Shown here one piece after another: positions 20,330 to 29,817 of a stretch of DNA of 64,000 nucleotides. The stretch comes from a plasmid: sequence record NZ_CP092205.1; one strand, given 5' to 3'. The notes beneath the pieces are model-generated. The model ran no database searches and was not told the DNA's origin. It saw nothing but the letters and a program-made list of their open reading frames with translations. A program made the translations under genes and the position numbers. Positions within the stretch are counted from its first letter, which is position 1, and the number at the start of each line of letters is the position of its first letter.

Positions 20330-21073
20330 ATGAACTACGAGCAACTCTATGAACAAGGAAAATTTCCAAGAACCAAGCTCGTTCTAAATCGAATCGCAAA
20401 AGCGACACAAGAAGCCTGGACGAACAATACACTCGCCGCAAAACCTAGCTGGTGGGGAAAAATGGCAATGTCCAACCGTCCGGGAGGAGGGGGAGGAATT
20501 TTAATTCGGAAAATTCCGGGAGGTTTTCAAGTATATCACCCGAATAAGGGAAAGTATAACTATATGGCAGTCATTGAGCGAGGTAGGGGACGTTACGATA
20601 TGCGACCTTCTCTCTTGGGTGGAAGCCGCGCAAGGATGGGTGCAAACGGTCCTTATGTAATTGTCCCAATCACTAAAAATGAAAACGGAACTCCCGTAAG
20701 TCCAAAAAACAATTCAATCAATTCTGTGATTATCAAAACCGGAAGTTTCAAAGAAGAAAACGCTCATGGACAAATGGTCACTCGAAATCGGTACAAATAC
20801 AGACAAGATCCAGGAATGACCGGTCAAGGAAACGTATTTGCTAAAGAACAAAAATACAAAAATGGAAAAATTCAAAGATCCTTTGTAAAATTCGTCGTAG
20901 TCACAGAAAAAAGCCGTAACTTCTTTCAACCTGCTATTCCCGCTCAGAAAATTTTAGCCGGAATCAAAGAGGATGTAAAATCGGCTTTAAAATCTAAAAC
21001 TTTGAAACAAGCAGTCGCATCCGATACCAAAGATTTGATTTTAGATCTTTTAGCCAAAAAAAAGAACCGATAA
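20330..21073 (+). CDS. phage head-tail region hypothetical protein (247 aa)
   Basis: ORF following the capsid gene. Confidence 0.3.
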   Translation: MNYEQLYEQGKFPRTKLVLNRIAKATQEAWTNNTLAAKPSWWGKMAMSNRPGGGGGILIRKIPGGFQVYHPNKGKYNYMAVIERGRGRYDMRPSLLGGSRARMGANGPYVIVPITKNENGTPVSPKNNSINSVIIKTGSFKEENAHGQMVTRNRYKYRQDPGMTGQGNVFAKEQKYKNGKIQRSFVKFVVVTEKSRNFFQPAIPAQKILAGIKEDVKSALKSKTLKQAVASDTKDLILDLLAKKKNR

Positions 21074-21099
21074 TCCGTTTCGCTCTATGATCCGAGCTA

Positions 21100-21876
21100 A
21101 TGGATACAAGTCTTCGGGAAGAAGAAGCAAGACAACAAGACGGACGGGATAAAGGAGCAATTCTAATCACGTATCCGGCCCCTCCGGAAGATACGGTTGT
21201 AGAATATTTTCGTAACTCCTTACCACTCACCGGTCTTTCTTTACGAAACATAGACGTTCCCATAGTTCACGGACATCCGCTTTACCAAGAAGGAATTTCA
21301 ACAACCGGACCAAATTCAAAATTTCCAAAAGTAGGAATCGAATGCACAACGGATAGAAATACTCAATTTTTAGGATTAAACGAACACCATTTTAAGAATT
21401 CTGAATCTTTTATAAAATTTTTAACTGAAATTTCAGAACTTCCGGAAAGTCAACGTCTTTCCACAAAATCGTTCCTCGATGAATTCAGTCGAAAGAAACA
21501 CTTCCAACAACTTCAATACACCGTAGAGTCAGAGGTCGTCATTTGCGGTTTCGCAACCGGTAACGCCGGTCGGAACACAAACAAATGGATCTATGACGCC
21601 GCCCTCGCCGTGACCCTGCTCATGGCAAATGACCTTCCGGTTCTATATCCCGGGCTTACAGTTTTTCTTCCCGAAGATACAGAACCCAATTTAAGCACAG
21701 CCGATTTTTCAGAACCATTCTGGGGATTTGAAATCCGCGTACGACTTGTACAATCCAAATCCATTTTTCGAACCAAACCCGCATTCCTTTTTCCCGATAC
21801 TCGCTCCTTCGATGTATTTTTAACCCGAAGTAAAACCCGACTGGAAGGCAGCTTCGGGTTAGAGGATAAGCCTTGA
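21100..21876 (+). CDS. phage hypothetical protein (258 aa)
   Basis: ORF in the same operon string. Confidence 0.3.
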   Translation: MDTSLREEEARQQDGRDKGAILITYPAPPEDTVVEYFRNSLPLTGLSLRNIDVPIVHGHPLYQEGISTTGPNSKFPKVGIECTTDRNTQFLGLNEHHFKNSESFIKFLTEISELPESQRLSTKSFLDEFSRKKHFQQLQYTVESEVVICGFATGNAGRNTNKWIYDAALAVTLLMANDLPVLYPGLTVFLPEDTEPNLSTADFSEPFWGFEIRVRLVQSKSIFRTKPAFLFPDTRSFDVFLTRSKTRLEGSFGLEDKP

Positions 21877-22082
21877 TAGACGAAGACGCAAATTTGCAAA
21901 AGGGAACAAAAGTTTTAACCAAACCTAAAACGAATCAAACACCCGAAGAGTTTCTACTCTGTAAAGAAAGAGAACTTGGAAGAACGATTTCTCCCCGCTT
22001 TCGAAACTTCTTTTACCGGGAGTTAAAAGCGAAAGGAAACAGTATCGAAGACGCTTGGAGAATTATCAATCATGGGCTCTAG
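21873..22082 (+). CDS. small phage hypothetical protein (69 aa)
   Basis: Overlaps both neighbouring genes by 4 and 11 nt. Confidence 0.2.
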   Translation: MIDEDANLQKGTKVLTKPKTNQTPEEFLLCKERELGRTISPRFRNFFYRELKAKGNSIEDAWRIINHGL

Positions 22083-23880
22083 AGAAGTTGAATTTCTAGG
22101 GCGCGGATACATCCAACCGGGTGCGCGTGGAGCCTTTAGAGTTAAAGCTCAAAGCACCGGAATCTCTCCGGATCTAAATACTCTAATTCTAATCGGACCC
22201 GCAGACAACGGGTATGACGCAGGAGACACAAGTCTCGAAACGTCGAAACGAGTTTTAGAATTTAGCGGTGCAGATGAAGCAAGGTCCGTCTTTTTCTCCG
22301 GTGATTTAGCGGACGCCGTTTCTAATGCGTTCTCTCCTTCCAAAGATTCTCGATTTGCGGCTGGTCCGCAACTCATCAAAGCTCTGAACATAAATCCGAA
22401 CGCTTATGCAAGCGCGCCGGTTGTTTCTATCGTTGCGACAATTTCGAATACGGTAAAAGCGATCATTCCAGGACCGAGAGGAAATCAAATCCGGTTTCGC
22501 GTAACGAGCGGCGGAACGATCATTCAAATCGGGGACAGTGACGGAATTGGAACTTCTTCACCTTTAGAATCAAACGAATTACAAATTCAATATGTAGGTA
22601 ACGGACAAAACGCAATTCTCACTTTCGATGGGATTTCACTTCGAGTTACACTTTCCGGAACTGCGCCGACCGACGGATCCGTTAACTTAAATGTTCCGAT
22701 CAAAAACTATCCGACGCTTGGAGAGCTCGTCGGTTATGTTTCCAGTAGAGTCGGATATCAAATCACTCTTCTTTCACAGCCCGATCGAAAAACTTCTACC
22801 TTAGACCATCTTTCTCTTACCGACGCCGTAGATGTGAAATCGGCTCCGGTCGCGATGAAATCTCTTCTTTTTCAACAAGAAAGTTTTTTTTTAGGGAACG
22901 GTCTCGCCCAAGTTGCCGCAACTCAAGAAAGAAAGCCTCTCGCAGACATGGCGTCTTTTACTTATCTAAATGGGGGCTCTACGGGTATTGCGACCGCGCA
23001 GGACTATATCGATGCGATTGATTATGTTTTCGATACGGAAGTTTCCAAAGGATTTTACGTCAACGTTTGTACCTCTATCCAATCGGTAGTTCTCTATCTT
23101 GCGGATAAACTGACCTATGGAAATTCACCGGACGGTTCGGATGAACGATTTGGCGGTGCTGGCTTAGATTTAACGAAGTCAGTCGATGCGAGAATCGAAG
23201 ACATCAAAGCAACCAATTCCGAATACATGGTCTTGGGTCTTTCTCCAATCACTCGTTACGCGGCTGATAAGATCACTTTAAAAACTTATCCGGGTTGGAT
23301 GCTCGCGGTTTTACATAACGCAATCAAAGCTTCCACAAACGTAAGAGAAACGGCAACTTACAAAGATCTGAATATCGTAGACGCACCCGAAAAACTTTCC
23401 AAGACACAGATCAAAAAAGTTTTAAGAGCTGGCGGACTCATCGTTACACGAAAGCCAAATAACGGGGCTTTTAAAATCGAAATGGGTCTGACCTCATATC
23501 AAGCCCAAAACCTGATTAAAAATCAAGCGTCCACAGTTTGTACCGCACTCGCTCTCGTAAAAGATTTCAGGGAATGGCTCGACGTTACGTTCATCGGCGA
23601 AGTCCCAACAGATCCGGATGCGCTCGGAACTAACCTAACGGACGCCGACATTCGAACCGCAGTTACACAACGCTTTCGTAATGTATATATTACGCAATAC
23701 GGCTGGCTTACAAGAAATATCTACACAGGTGAACCCGCATTCGACGAGAAGTTCGACATTCGTCGTGACGGTGACGCTTTGTATTTCATTTTCCCTGACG
23801 GCAAGATCGTAAGCCCGATCAACTACATGTTTTTTCTAGTTAATTTGGACGTTGTTCGCGGAGCGAATAACGGAGGTTAA
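22072..23880 (+). CDS. putative contractile tail sheath protein (602 aa)
   Basis: A 600-aa protein directly followed (2-nt gap) by a 143-aa tube-like protein, then chaperone-like overlapping ORFs and tape-measure-like genes. This is the canonical myovirus order. Confidence 0.5.
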   Translation: MGSREVEFLGRGYIQPGARGAFRVKAQSTGISPDLNTLILIGPADNGYDAGDTSLETSKRVLEFSGADEARSVFFSGDLADAVSNAFSPSKDSRFAAGPQLIKALNINPNAYASAPVVSIVATISNTVKAIIPGPRGNQIRFRVTSGGTIIQIGDSDGIGTSSPLESNELQIQYVGNGQNAILTFDGISLRVTLSGTAPTDGSVNLNVPIKNYPTLGELVGYVSSRVGYQITLLSQPDRKTSTLDHLSLTDAVDVKSAPVAMKSLLFQQESFFLGNGLAQVAATQERKPLADMASFTYLNGGSTGIATAQDYIDAIDYVFDTEVSKGFYVNVCTSIQSVVLYLADKLTYGNSPDGSDERFGGAGLDLTKSVDARIEDIKATNSEYMVLGLSPITRYAADKITLKTYPGWMLAVLHNAIKASTNVRETATYKDLNIVDAPEKLSKTQIKKVLRAGGLIVTRKPNNGAFKIEMGLTSYQAQNLIKNQASTVCTALALVKDFREWLDVTFIGEVPTDPDALGTNLTDADIRTAVTQRFRNVYITQYGWLTRNIYTGEPAFDEKFDIRRDGDALYFIFPDGKIVSPINYMFFLVNLDVVRGANNGG

Positions 23881-23882
23881 GA

Positions 23883-24314
23883 ATGGCTAAGAGCGTACGA
23901 CCTAATCCGGCTGTACTCACCGGTAATGACGCAATCGTTAAAATCAACGGACAAGCCGTTGGATTTATGAAATCGTTACGAGTAAACGTCAATAATAACG
24001 TTGAAAGAATTCAAGCACTTGGATATAGAAAACCACGAGGTTTAAAATCTCTCGCGTGGCAAGGAACCGCTTCGGGTGAGTTTCATATACTCAGAACTCC
24101 CGTTGAAGGAGTTGTCGTAATTGATACGCATAATGATGAGCACGCGGATGATCTCTATGACATTTTAGTTATCGACAAAACTTCCGGAAAACGCGTTGGA
24201 CTACTCACGGGAGCGGTAAATACAGACGGTTTTGGGTTAAACAATAATGAGTTCTCCGGAAGAGAAGTCGAATTTGAGCTTATGGATTGGGAACCGATGG
24301 AAGCATTCAACTAA
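23883..24314 (+). CDS. putative tail tube protein (143 aa)
   Basis: Size and position after the sheath gene. Confidence 0.5.
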   Translation: MAKSVRPNPAVLTGNDAIVKINGQAVGFMKSLRVNVNNNVERIQALGYRKPRGLKSLAWQGTASGEFHILRTPVEGVVVIDTHNDEHADDLYDILVIDKTSGKRVGLLTGAVNTDGFGLNNNEFSGREVEFELMDWEPMEAFN

Positions 24315-24578
24315 TCGAATTTGAAATGGTCCCAATAGCTTGAATTCTTTAAGAATATCGAATTTAGAATCTATCGAAAATTTCTGAATTTTAAACATAT
24401 TCAATAGATTTACCGATGGATTGGGTTGTTTTAAAGGGACCAAGTAGTAGGCAATTTATTAGTTGGCAAAAAAGAAGAACAGGTTGATCTTTGGAAGTAG
24501 ACAGTAACTATGAAGCAAAGGTTTTTAGTAGTTACGCGCTGGATCTAAGGCAAATTCCTAAAAACTTTTAGGTTCCTT

Positions 24579-24809
24579 TTGCTTTTACCAGCTTGGTCCG
24601 ACTCTAATAATAAAGAGCAAAAAATGGCAGCGACTCCAATTCAAAAAATTCCAACGCTTACAGGCGAAAAAGCAAAACGTTTTATTGAAAGAGCAGACTC
24701 TTCGGAACGTCCGGCTCTATCTATTTCTGAGCAACAAAGAAAAATGTACGCCGCTCTCTCAGAAAAAAATCAACAAAATTCACTTTTTATAGAGGTTCCC
24801 TCCTTTTAA
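24579..24809 (+). CDS. small hypothetical protein (76 aa)
   Basis: ORF in the AT-rich spacer after the tube gene. Weak. Confidence 0.15.
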   Translation: MLLPAWSDSNNKEQKMAATPIQKIPTLTGEKAKRFIERADSSERPALSISEQQRKMYAALSEKNQQNSLFIEVPSF

Positions 24810-24838
24810 TTTCTTATTTTGAAAGAAAGAAAATAGAA

Positions 24839-25366
24839 ATGATAAGAATGTCGCACACTTTAAATAGAATTTGTTTCTCTTCACTCTTGTTTTTAATTTC
24901 TCTATTTTTATTCAATCAATGTAGTTGGATTAATGCTATTGGAATTTTAAACAATACCGATGAAGTCGTTACACTTTCCGTGACCTTTCAAAAAAAGTTA
25001 ACAACAAAAGAATTTTATCGCAAAATCTCACATTCCTCTAACGAATATATAGAGAACTCGAATTTTTTTAGAGTTCCTGCAAACAAATATTTTAGCCCCG
25101 ATCGATTCTCTACAGAAAAGGGAATCAAAATTCCTATTCAAGAAATCTTGTATGACTCCGAAAAAGGAGAATTTCGTTTTGAATTAAAACCTAAATTCGC
25201 ATATTTTTTTGACTTCGCAATAAATGACAGTAATATTATGGATGCTCTTTTTTCTAAAATTGAAATCTCTAGTAAAGATAAACGAACTACAATTCAAAGT
25301 GATAAATTCATTTCATTTTTTCCAAAAAACGACAACTGCAATTGTTTTCTTTTGATCTACAAATGA
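24839..25366 (+). CDS. hypothetical lipoprotein/secreted protein (175 aa), moron candidate
   Basis: N-terminal hydrophobic signal followed by Cys (LFLFNQCSW). Very AT-rich, inserted between tube and chaperone genes. Confidence 0.3.
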   Translation: MIRMSHTLNRICFSSLLFLISLFLFNQCSWINAIGILNNTDEVVTLSVTFQKKLTTKEFYRKISHSSNEYIENSNFFRVPANKYFSPDRFSTEKGIKIPIQEILYDSEKGEFRFELKPKFAYFFDFAINDSNIMDALFSKIEISSKDKRTTIQSDKFISFFPKNDNCNCFLLIYK

Positions 25367-25456
25367 ATTCTTATGAATCTGAGCAAACGAAGGAAATATT
25401 AAACTTTCCTTTTGTACAAGTTTAAAGTCCGAAAACTTTTTTATGGAAGCATTCAA

Positions 25457-26143
25457 TTAAATCCACTCATCTGGTTTTCGATATACGTTTCCAAATAAAT
25501 CATATACTTCACTTGGAAATTGAGAATTATGGATAGCTGAATTCCGAATATCTTTCATAAAATCGCAATTCTTTTTTAAAACTTGGCTCGGGTTTTTTTG
25601 GGGATTAAGATATCCAACTTGTTTTTTAAAATCGTTTCTTATTATTCTAACGGGTTCTAAAAGGTCGGAGTCACCTGAAATTAGAACAGCTACGTCATAT
25701 TCATTTTTGCAAGCATCATACAGCATATGAGTGGCAAGATTAACATCCGAGCCTTTTTCTTCAGTCTTGATTACATTAGCAAATCCTGGGCTATCAGCTA
25801 ATTTCATCTTCACAGTATGGGATAAGAAATGACCGTAATAGACTTCAAAATTAGGATTTGTTTTTAATGCTTTAATATAATTTTGCTGACGATTCAATGG
25901 TCCATTATCATTTTGCCTAGGTTTTACTTCGGCAGTATAATATTTAATTTTTAGAATTTGATGCAAATTGGATGGAAGAAGAATGGAACAGAGTCTGCTA
26001 AAATCTAACCATTTATATTTGGTCCCTTTTACTTTCCCATAGTAAAAGTTGAAGGCATCAATATAAACATAAGTTCTTTTGGCTGTCATAATAAAGCAAG
26101 GGCTACCTCTTTCGAAGTAGCCCCGCGCCCTACGCATTACCAT
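25457..26143 (-). CDS. NYN/LabA-like (PIN-fold) nuclease domain protein (228 aa)
   Basis: YIDAFNFYY near the N-terminus, KGSDVNLATHML, and VLISGDSDL motifs typical of NYN-domain acidic residues. Opposite strand within a low-GC moron pocket. Confidence 0.55.
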   Translation of the reverse strand: MVMRRARGYFERGSPCFIMTAKRTYVYIDAFNFYYGKVKGTKYKWLDFSRLCSILLPSNLHQILKIKYYTAEVKPRQNDNGPLNRQQNYIKALKTNPNFEVYYGHFLSHTVKMKLADSPGFANVIKTEEKGSDVNLATHMLYDACKNEYDVAVLISGDSDLLEPVRIIRNDFKKQVGYLNPQKNPSQVLKKNCDFMKDIRNSAIHNSQFPSEVYDLFGNVYRKPDEWI

Positions 26144-26283
26144 AGGGGTTATACACCTTTTTATAGCATGATCGATAATTTTGTCAATCGAATAAACTTG
26201 ATAATTTTCAAGTATCTAAAGTATTTGGACATTTTCAAATTAGGCATCTTCTCCGATGTTGCACTTGCGTACATGATTGGAGA

Positions 26284-26931
26284 ATGAGAATTCTAGAACC
26301 AAATAAAAGAGTTATCTTAAATGTAAAATACGAAGGTGGCTCTTACAAATTCGAAGCGGATATCGCCGATCCGAGTACGGAACTCGACATTGAAATCGCG
26401 GTTGCGAAACGATTAAACGGGGCATCGCTTGAATCGATTCCGAACACGACTTACGGGTATATCTACGCAATCGCTACGTTAAACCACGTCATCAAACAAA
26501 TTCCTGAAGATTTTCCAATTTTCGACATTCAGACCTTTGAGCAGATAAGGGACAAAGAGTTTGTTATCAGACTCTTTAAAGAATACGAGAAAAAGGAAAA
26601 CTGGTTTAAATCAGAGTTAAAAAAAAATAGGGACGCTCGACGCACTGAACGACGAAGAGAATCTTCTCGACCTCTTCCTTATGAACCAGATGAAAATACT
26701 TCCGAAAGGGGTAACTCATTTGGGAAATCTTTTTCTAGAACAAAAGAGGTTCATCCTCGAGGCGACGGCCAGACTCGACATTCCGAATCTTCTCATGAGA
26801 GCGAAACTACAATCTCAGAAACGCCAAGTTCTGAAGATGAAACCGATGGAATTCCTGGAGAATATAAGCCCGGCAATGGCTCATATCCTGGAGGCAGAGG
26901 CCGGGTACTCACAAGACATGCTCACGAGTGA
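26284..26931 (+). CDS. tail assembly chaperone-like protein (215 aa)
   Basis: Position between tube and tape-measure-like genes, with an overlapping alternate-frame ORF (26681..26995) reminiscent of a G/GT pair. Confidence 0.3.
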   Translation: MRILEPNKRVILNVKYEGGSYKFEADIADPSTELDIEIAVAKRLNGASLESIPNTTYGYIYAIATLNHVIKQIPEDFPIFDIQTFEQIRDKEFVIRLFKEYEKKENWFKSELKKNRDARRTERRRESSRPLPYEPDENTSERGNSFGKSFSRTKEVHPRGDGQTRHSESSHESETTISETPSSEDETDGIPGEYKPGNGSYPGGRGRVLTRHAHE

Positions 26932-26995
26932 AGGGGAATTAAAACGAAAAGAACTTTTAGACAGAATCGATAACGAATTAAAATTCTATGGCTGA
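26681..26995 (+). CDS. alternate-frame ORF overlapping chaperone gene (possible frameshift extension product)
   Basis: In the +1 frame relative to 26284..26931 and extends 64 nt past its stop. Confidence 0.2.
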   Translation: MNQMKILPKGVTHLGNLFLEQKRFILEATARLDIPNLLMRAKLQSQKRQVLKMKPMEFLENISPAMAHILEAEAGYSQDMLTSEGELKRKELLDRIDNELKFYG

Positions 26996-27617
26996 AGAAT
27001 CCTTAAATATAAAAGTCAAGGCAACGCCTGACTTCAAGTCAGTAGAAAAAGAATACGACCGAATTGCAAAAAAGGGGAAAAAAGGAATCCCTGTTTCCGG
27101 TCTTGGAAAAGTGCCCGAGAAAAAGAGATCTTCCAGTGGGAGCGGAAACGGTGGCGGCAGTTCCGAAAAAAAGAAACTCGAAGCGGCATCTCGGTATGCC
27201 GGGGGAAGTGCTATGGCTTCGAAAGTCGGAGCCGATGGATCGGATTTAGACGAAACTCAAAGAGGTGGTTTTTTTAATACTCTTGATAAAAAGATTTCTG
27301 CCGCTCGCGAACTGTTGCGAAAAAAGAAAAAGAAGAAAGACGGCGAAGATGAAGAATCTTCTCCTAATTCGAGTCCAAGTGGAATTGGTCTCACCTCTGC
27401 AAAACAACTTCAACTTCAAAAAGCAGAAATTAAAATTCAACACGCAAATTTTGACAAAGGAGGATTCTCAGGACTTCCGGGATCTGTAGGCGGAGGAGGG
27501 TCGGGAACAGACGGCGGATCAGTCAAAGGAAATAATTTTTCACTGATGGGAGCCGCGATTCCAATCGCCGGAGCCGCTTTTGCAATCGCGGGAGGAGTGC
27601 TACTCATCTCTACGTAA
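26988..27617 (+). CDS. tape-measure-like protein, N-terminal part (209 aa; Gly/Lys-rich, C-terminal hydrophobic helix)
   Basis: Composition. Followed after 116 nt (containing the repeat element) by a second Gly-rich tape-measure-like ORF. Confidence 0.35.
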   Translation: MAEESLNIKVKATPDFKSVEKEYDRIAKKGKKGIPVSGLGKVPEKKRSSSGSGNGGGSSEKKKLEAASRYAGGSAMASKVGADGSDLDETQRGGFFNTLDKKISAARELLRKKKKKKDGEDEESSPNSSPSGIGLTSAKQLQLQKAEIKIQHANFDKGGFSGLPGSVGGGGSGTDGGSVKGNNFSLMGAAIPIAGAAFAIAGGVLLIST

Positions 27618-27695
27618 TAGAGTGTCTAAAATTCTGCGTCTAAACGTGGGATTTGTGCTCAAATTAACGGTACTCTATTTTATAGGGATCAGTAA
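27610..27695 (+). repeat. copy B of ~90-bp repeat with 8-bp internal inverted repeats (AATAGAGT..ACTCTATT)
   Basis: ctacgtaatagagtgtctaaaattctgcgtctaaacgtgggatttgtgctcaaattaacggtactctattttatagggatcagtaaag. Overlaps the stop codon of 26988..27617 and lies 40 nt upstream of 27734. Confidence 0.6.
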
Positions 27696-27733
27696 AGACA
27701 ATCTCCGCAATCGGGGAACAGTATCACGCGGCA

Positions 27734-28798
27734 ATGCAAAGTCAGTCCGGAACAATTGGCGCGACCGGCGGATACGTTGGAGGTGGGGGAGGGTATTTCT
27801 CAAATTCAGAACTCGCACAAGCAAACGTTGCTCGCGGTCGTGTAACAGGTGAAAACATTTTTGGAAAGGGAAACCAAATCGATTCTAAAACAATGCTCTT
27901 TGCCGCTTCTCAAGGAAAAGGAATTGCTGAAGTCGTAAAAGAGTTAGAAACAATTCGAAAAGATTCAAAAAATGCGGACATTAGTTTTCTTCGAGGAGGT
28001 GCTTCGGCTTCCGGATTTCAGGGTTTAAGACAATCCGAATATATCTCAAAACTAGCAACCATTTCTGAAAATTTAAGAGGAAAAGGATACTCGGGAGATA
28101 TAAGCGACTACGCTAAATTCTCAGCCGGTATGCAAAGAACAGACGGAATCAATATGGATCCTTCAAGACGTATGGCATTATCCGAACAGCTTTCCGATCA
28201 AGGAAGACAAGGAGCTTTTGGAGGAGGAGTCTTTGGTTCTCTTTCCATGGCTGAAGCCTTGAAAGCAAATGGAGGAGACGTGATAAAAGCAATTAGGGAA
28301 TCCGAACTAAATCCCGGAAAATATATGTCTTCGGCAATGGGGGGACTCGATGCAACGACTCGCGGACTCGTAAATAAAATGCAAGGCGGAAGTTTTTCCG
28401 AGATTGCAGGAATGAAATTCGGATACAACGACATAAAATTCGATAACTCTAAAATTGACGCAGGATTTAACAAGGGACTCAGTCTTGATAATGCAAAAAA
28501 AGAAACGTTTGCAACCGACGTTGGAGCGCAGGCCGCACAAATCGGTTACGATATGAATAAAGCGATGATCGATTTATTCAACGAAAACAAGGGCGCGATG
28601 AAAAGTTTAGCAACAACAGTCTCAAACATTGAAAAGTCTGTGATTCCAGTTATCTCCGGACAGATCACATCGCTTGTCGGAACAATCGACAAACTTGCAA
28701 AAGGTGATTTTGGCGGGGCACTCGGGGAAATGATGGGAGGTCTTGGAAAACTTGCGACTCTTGCAAACCCCGCCGGTCTTTTGGTACGATCTAAATAG
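27734..28798 (+). CDS. tape-measure-like protein (354 aa; Gly/Ala-rich, helical)
   Basis: Composition and position in the tail module. Confidence 0.4.
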   Translation: MQSQSGTIGATGGYVGGGGGYFSNSELAQANVARGRVTGENIFGKGNQIDSKTMLFAASQGKGIAEVVKELETIRKDSKNADISFLRGGASASGFQGLRQSEYISKLATISENLRGKGYSGDISDYAKFSAGMQRTDGINMDPSRRMALSEQLSDQGRQGAFGGGVFGSLSMAEALKANGGDVIKAIRESELNPGKYMSSAMGGLDATTRGLVNKMQGGSFSEIAGMKFGYNDIKFDNSKIDAGFNKGLSLDNAKKETFATDVGAQAAQIGYDMNKAMIDLFNENKGAMKSLATTVSNIEKSVIPVISGQITSLVGTIDKLAKGDFGGALGEMMGGLGKLATLANPAGLLVRSK

Positions 28799-28839
28799 TC
28801 TAACTATTCCGATATTTCATTCCAATTCAAAATAGAGGC

Positions 28840-29229
28840 ATGGAAATACATCGTGTCCTTTTTCAGCTTTTCAATAGAACCGGCGTTGCAATCGAAAGAG
28901 AGGTTGAGGAATTCGCTCAAGAATTCCAGGTCCAACAACCTCAAAAACTTACCAAGGCATTTAAACAAACAGACAATCTTGTAACGATCCCGATTCCTGC
29001 AGGGATTCAGTTTAAATACGTTCTCATTCTTGCAACTTACCTAGCCGATGACACAGCGATCGGAATAAAAAAAGACGATCCCGCACCAATTATTGTTCGA
29101 ATCAATGGATCGGCAATCGATCATCCTTTACCGCAAGGGTTTATGGCTTGGACCGGAGGACTTACTTCTTTGAGAGTCGCAACGACCTACGACACGAATC
29201 AAGTTTTAGTAGAAGTTTATTTGGGATAA
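28840..29229 (+). CDS. phage tail hypothetical protein (129 aa)
   Basis: ORF. Overlaps the start of the next tail gene. Confidence 0.3.
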   Translation: MEIHRVLFQLFNRTGVAIEREVEEFAQEFQVQQPQKLTKAFKQTDNLVTIPIPAGIQFKYVLILATYLADDTAIGIKKDDPAPIIVRINGSAIDHPLPQGFMAWTGGLTSLRVATTYDTNQVLVEVYLG

Positions 29230-29817
29230 TGAATTCAGTTTTTGATTTCTTACTAGGAGGGATTGGAAACCAAGTTCGAATCGGAAAGGGTGGTCCTCAA
29301 ATCAAAGGATCCTCTTCCGGTTTGGATATTCGTCTTCCGGATGATTCCGATTTTGGAACTCTGAGAGTTGCCGCGCCTCAGTTTGGAAACGACGCAGTCA
29401 ATCTAGACTGGATCAAAGGGCAAGTTCTTTCGAATTGGAATACGCCCGTTCAATCTTTAGCGGATCTCAGAGCGATTTCTTCTTTCGATCGAAAAGATAG
29501 ACAGATCAGAGAAGTAGAGGATGAACTTGCATTTTATCAATTCGACTTAGAATCAACTGCCGCGGTACCGGATCCGCACGATGTAACTCGAAGTATTGTC
29601 CCCAATGATATTGTACTACCGAACCCTGGTAGATGGTTAAAAACTACAGCTCGTGTACAACAACATTCCCAACTTCTGGGATTAGCCTCAAGCGACGATC
29701 ATCCACAATATCAATTACGTTCTGAAAAAAACTTAATGAATGGATTTCCCGGACTTTCGTAACCACCCAACTAACCACACCTTCCGCTAATTTCAAAAAT
29801 CTGTTAAAATCCTTTTA

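Noticed and set aside
21591-21922. Minus-strand ORFs of 88-102 aa overlapping phage gene 21100..21876.
   Set aside because: They are completely contained in a better plus-strand ORF that is part of a tightly packed operon.
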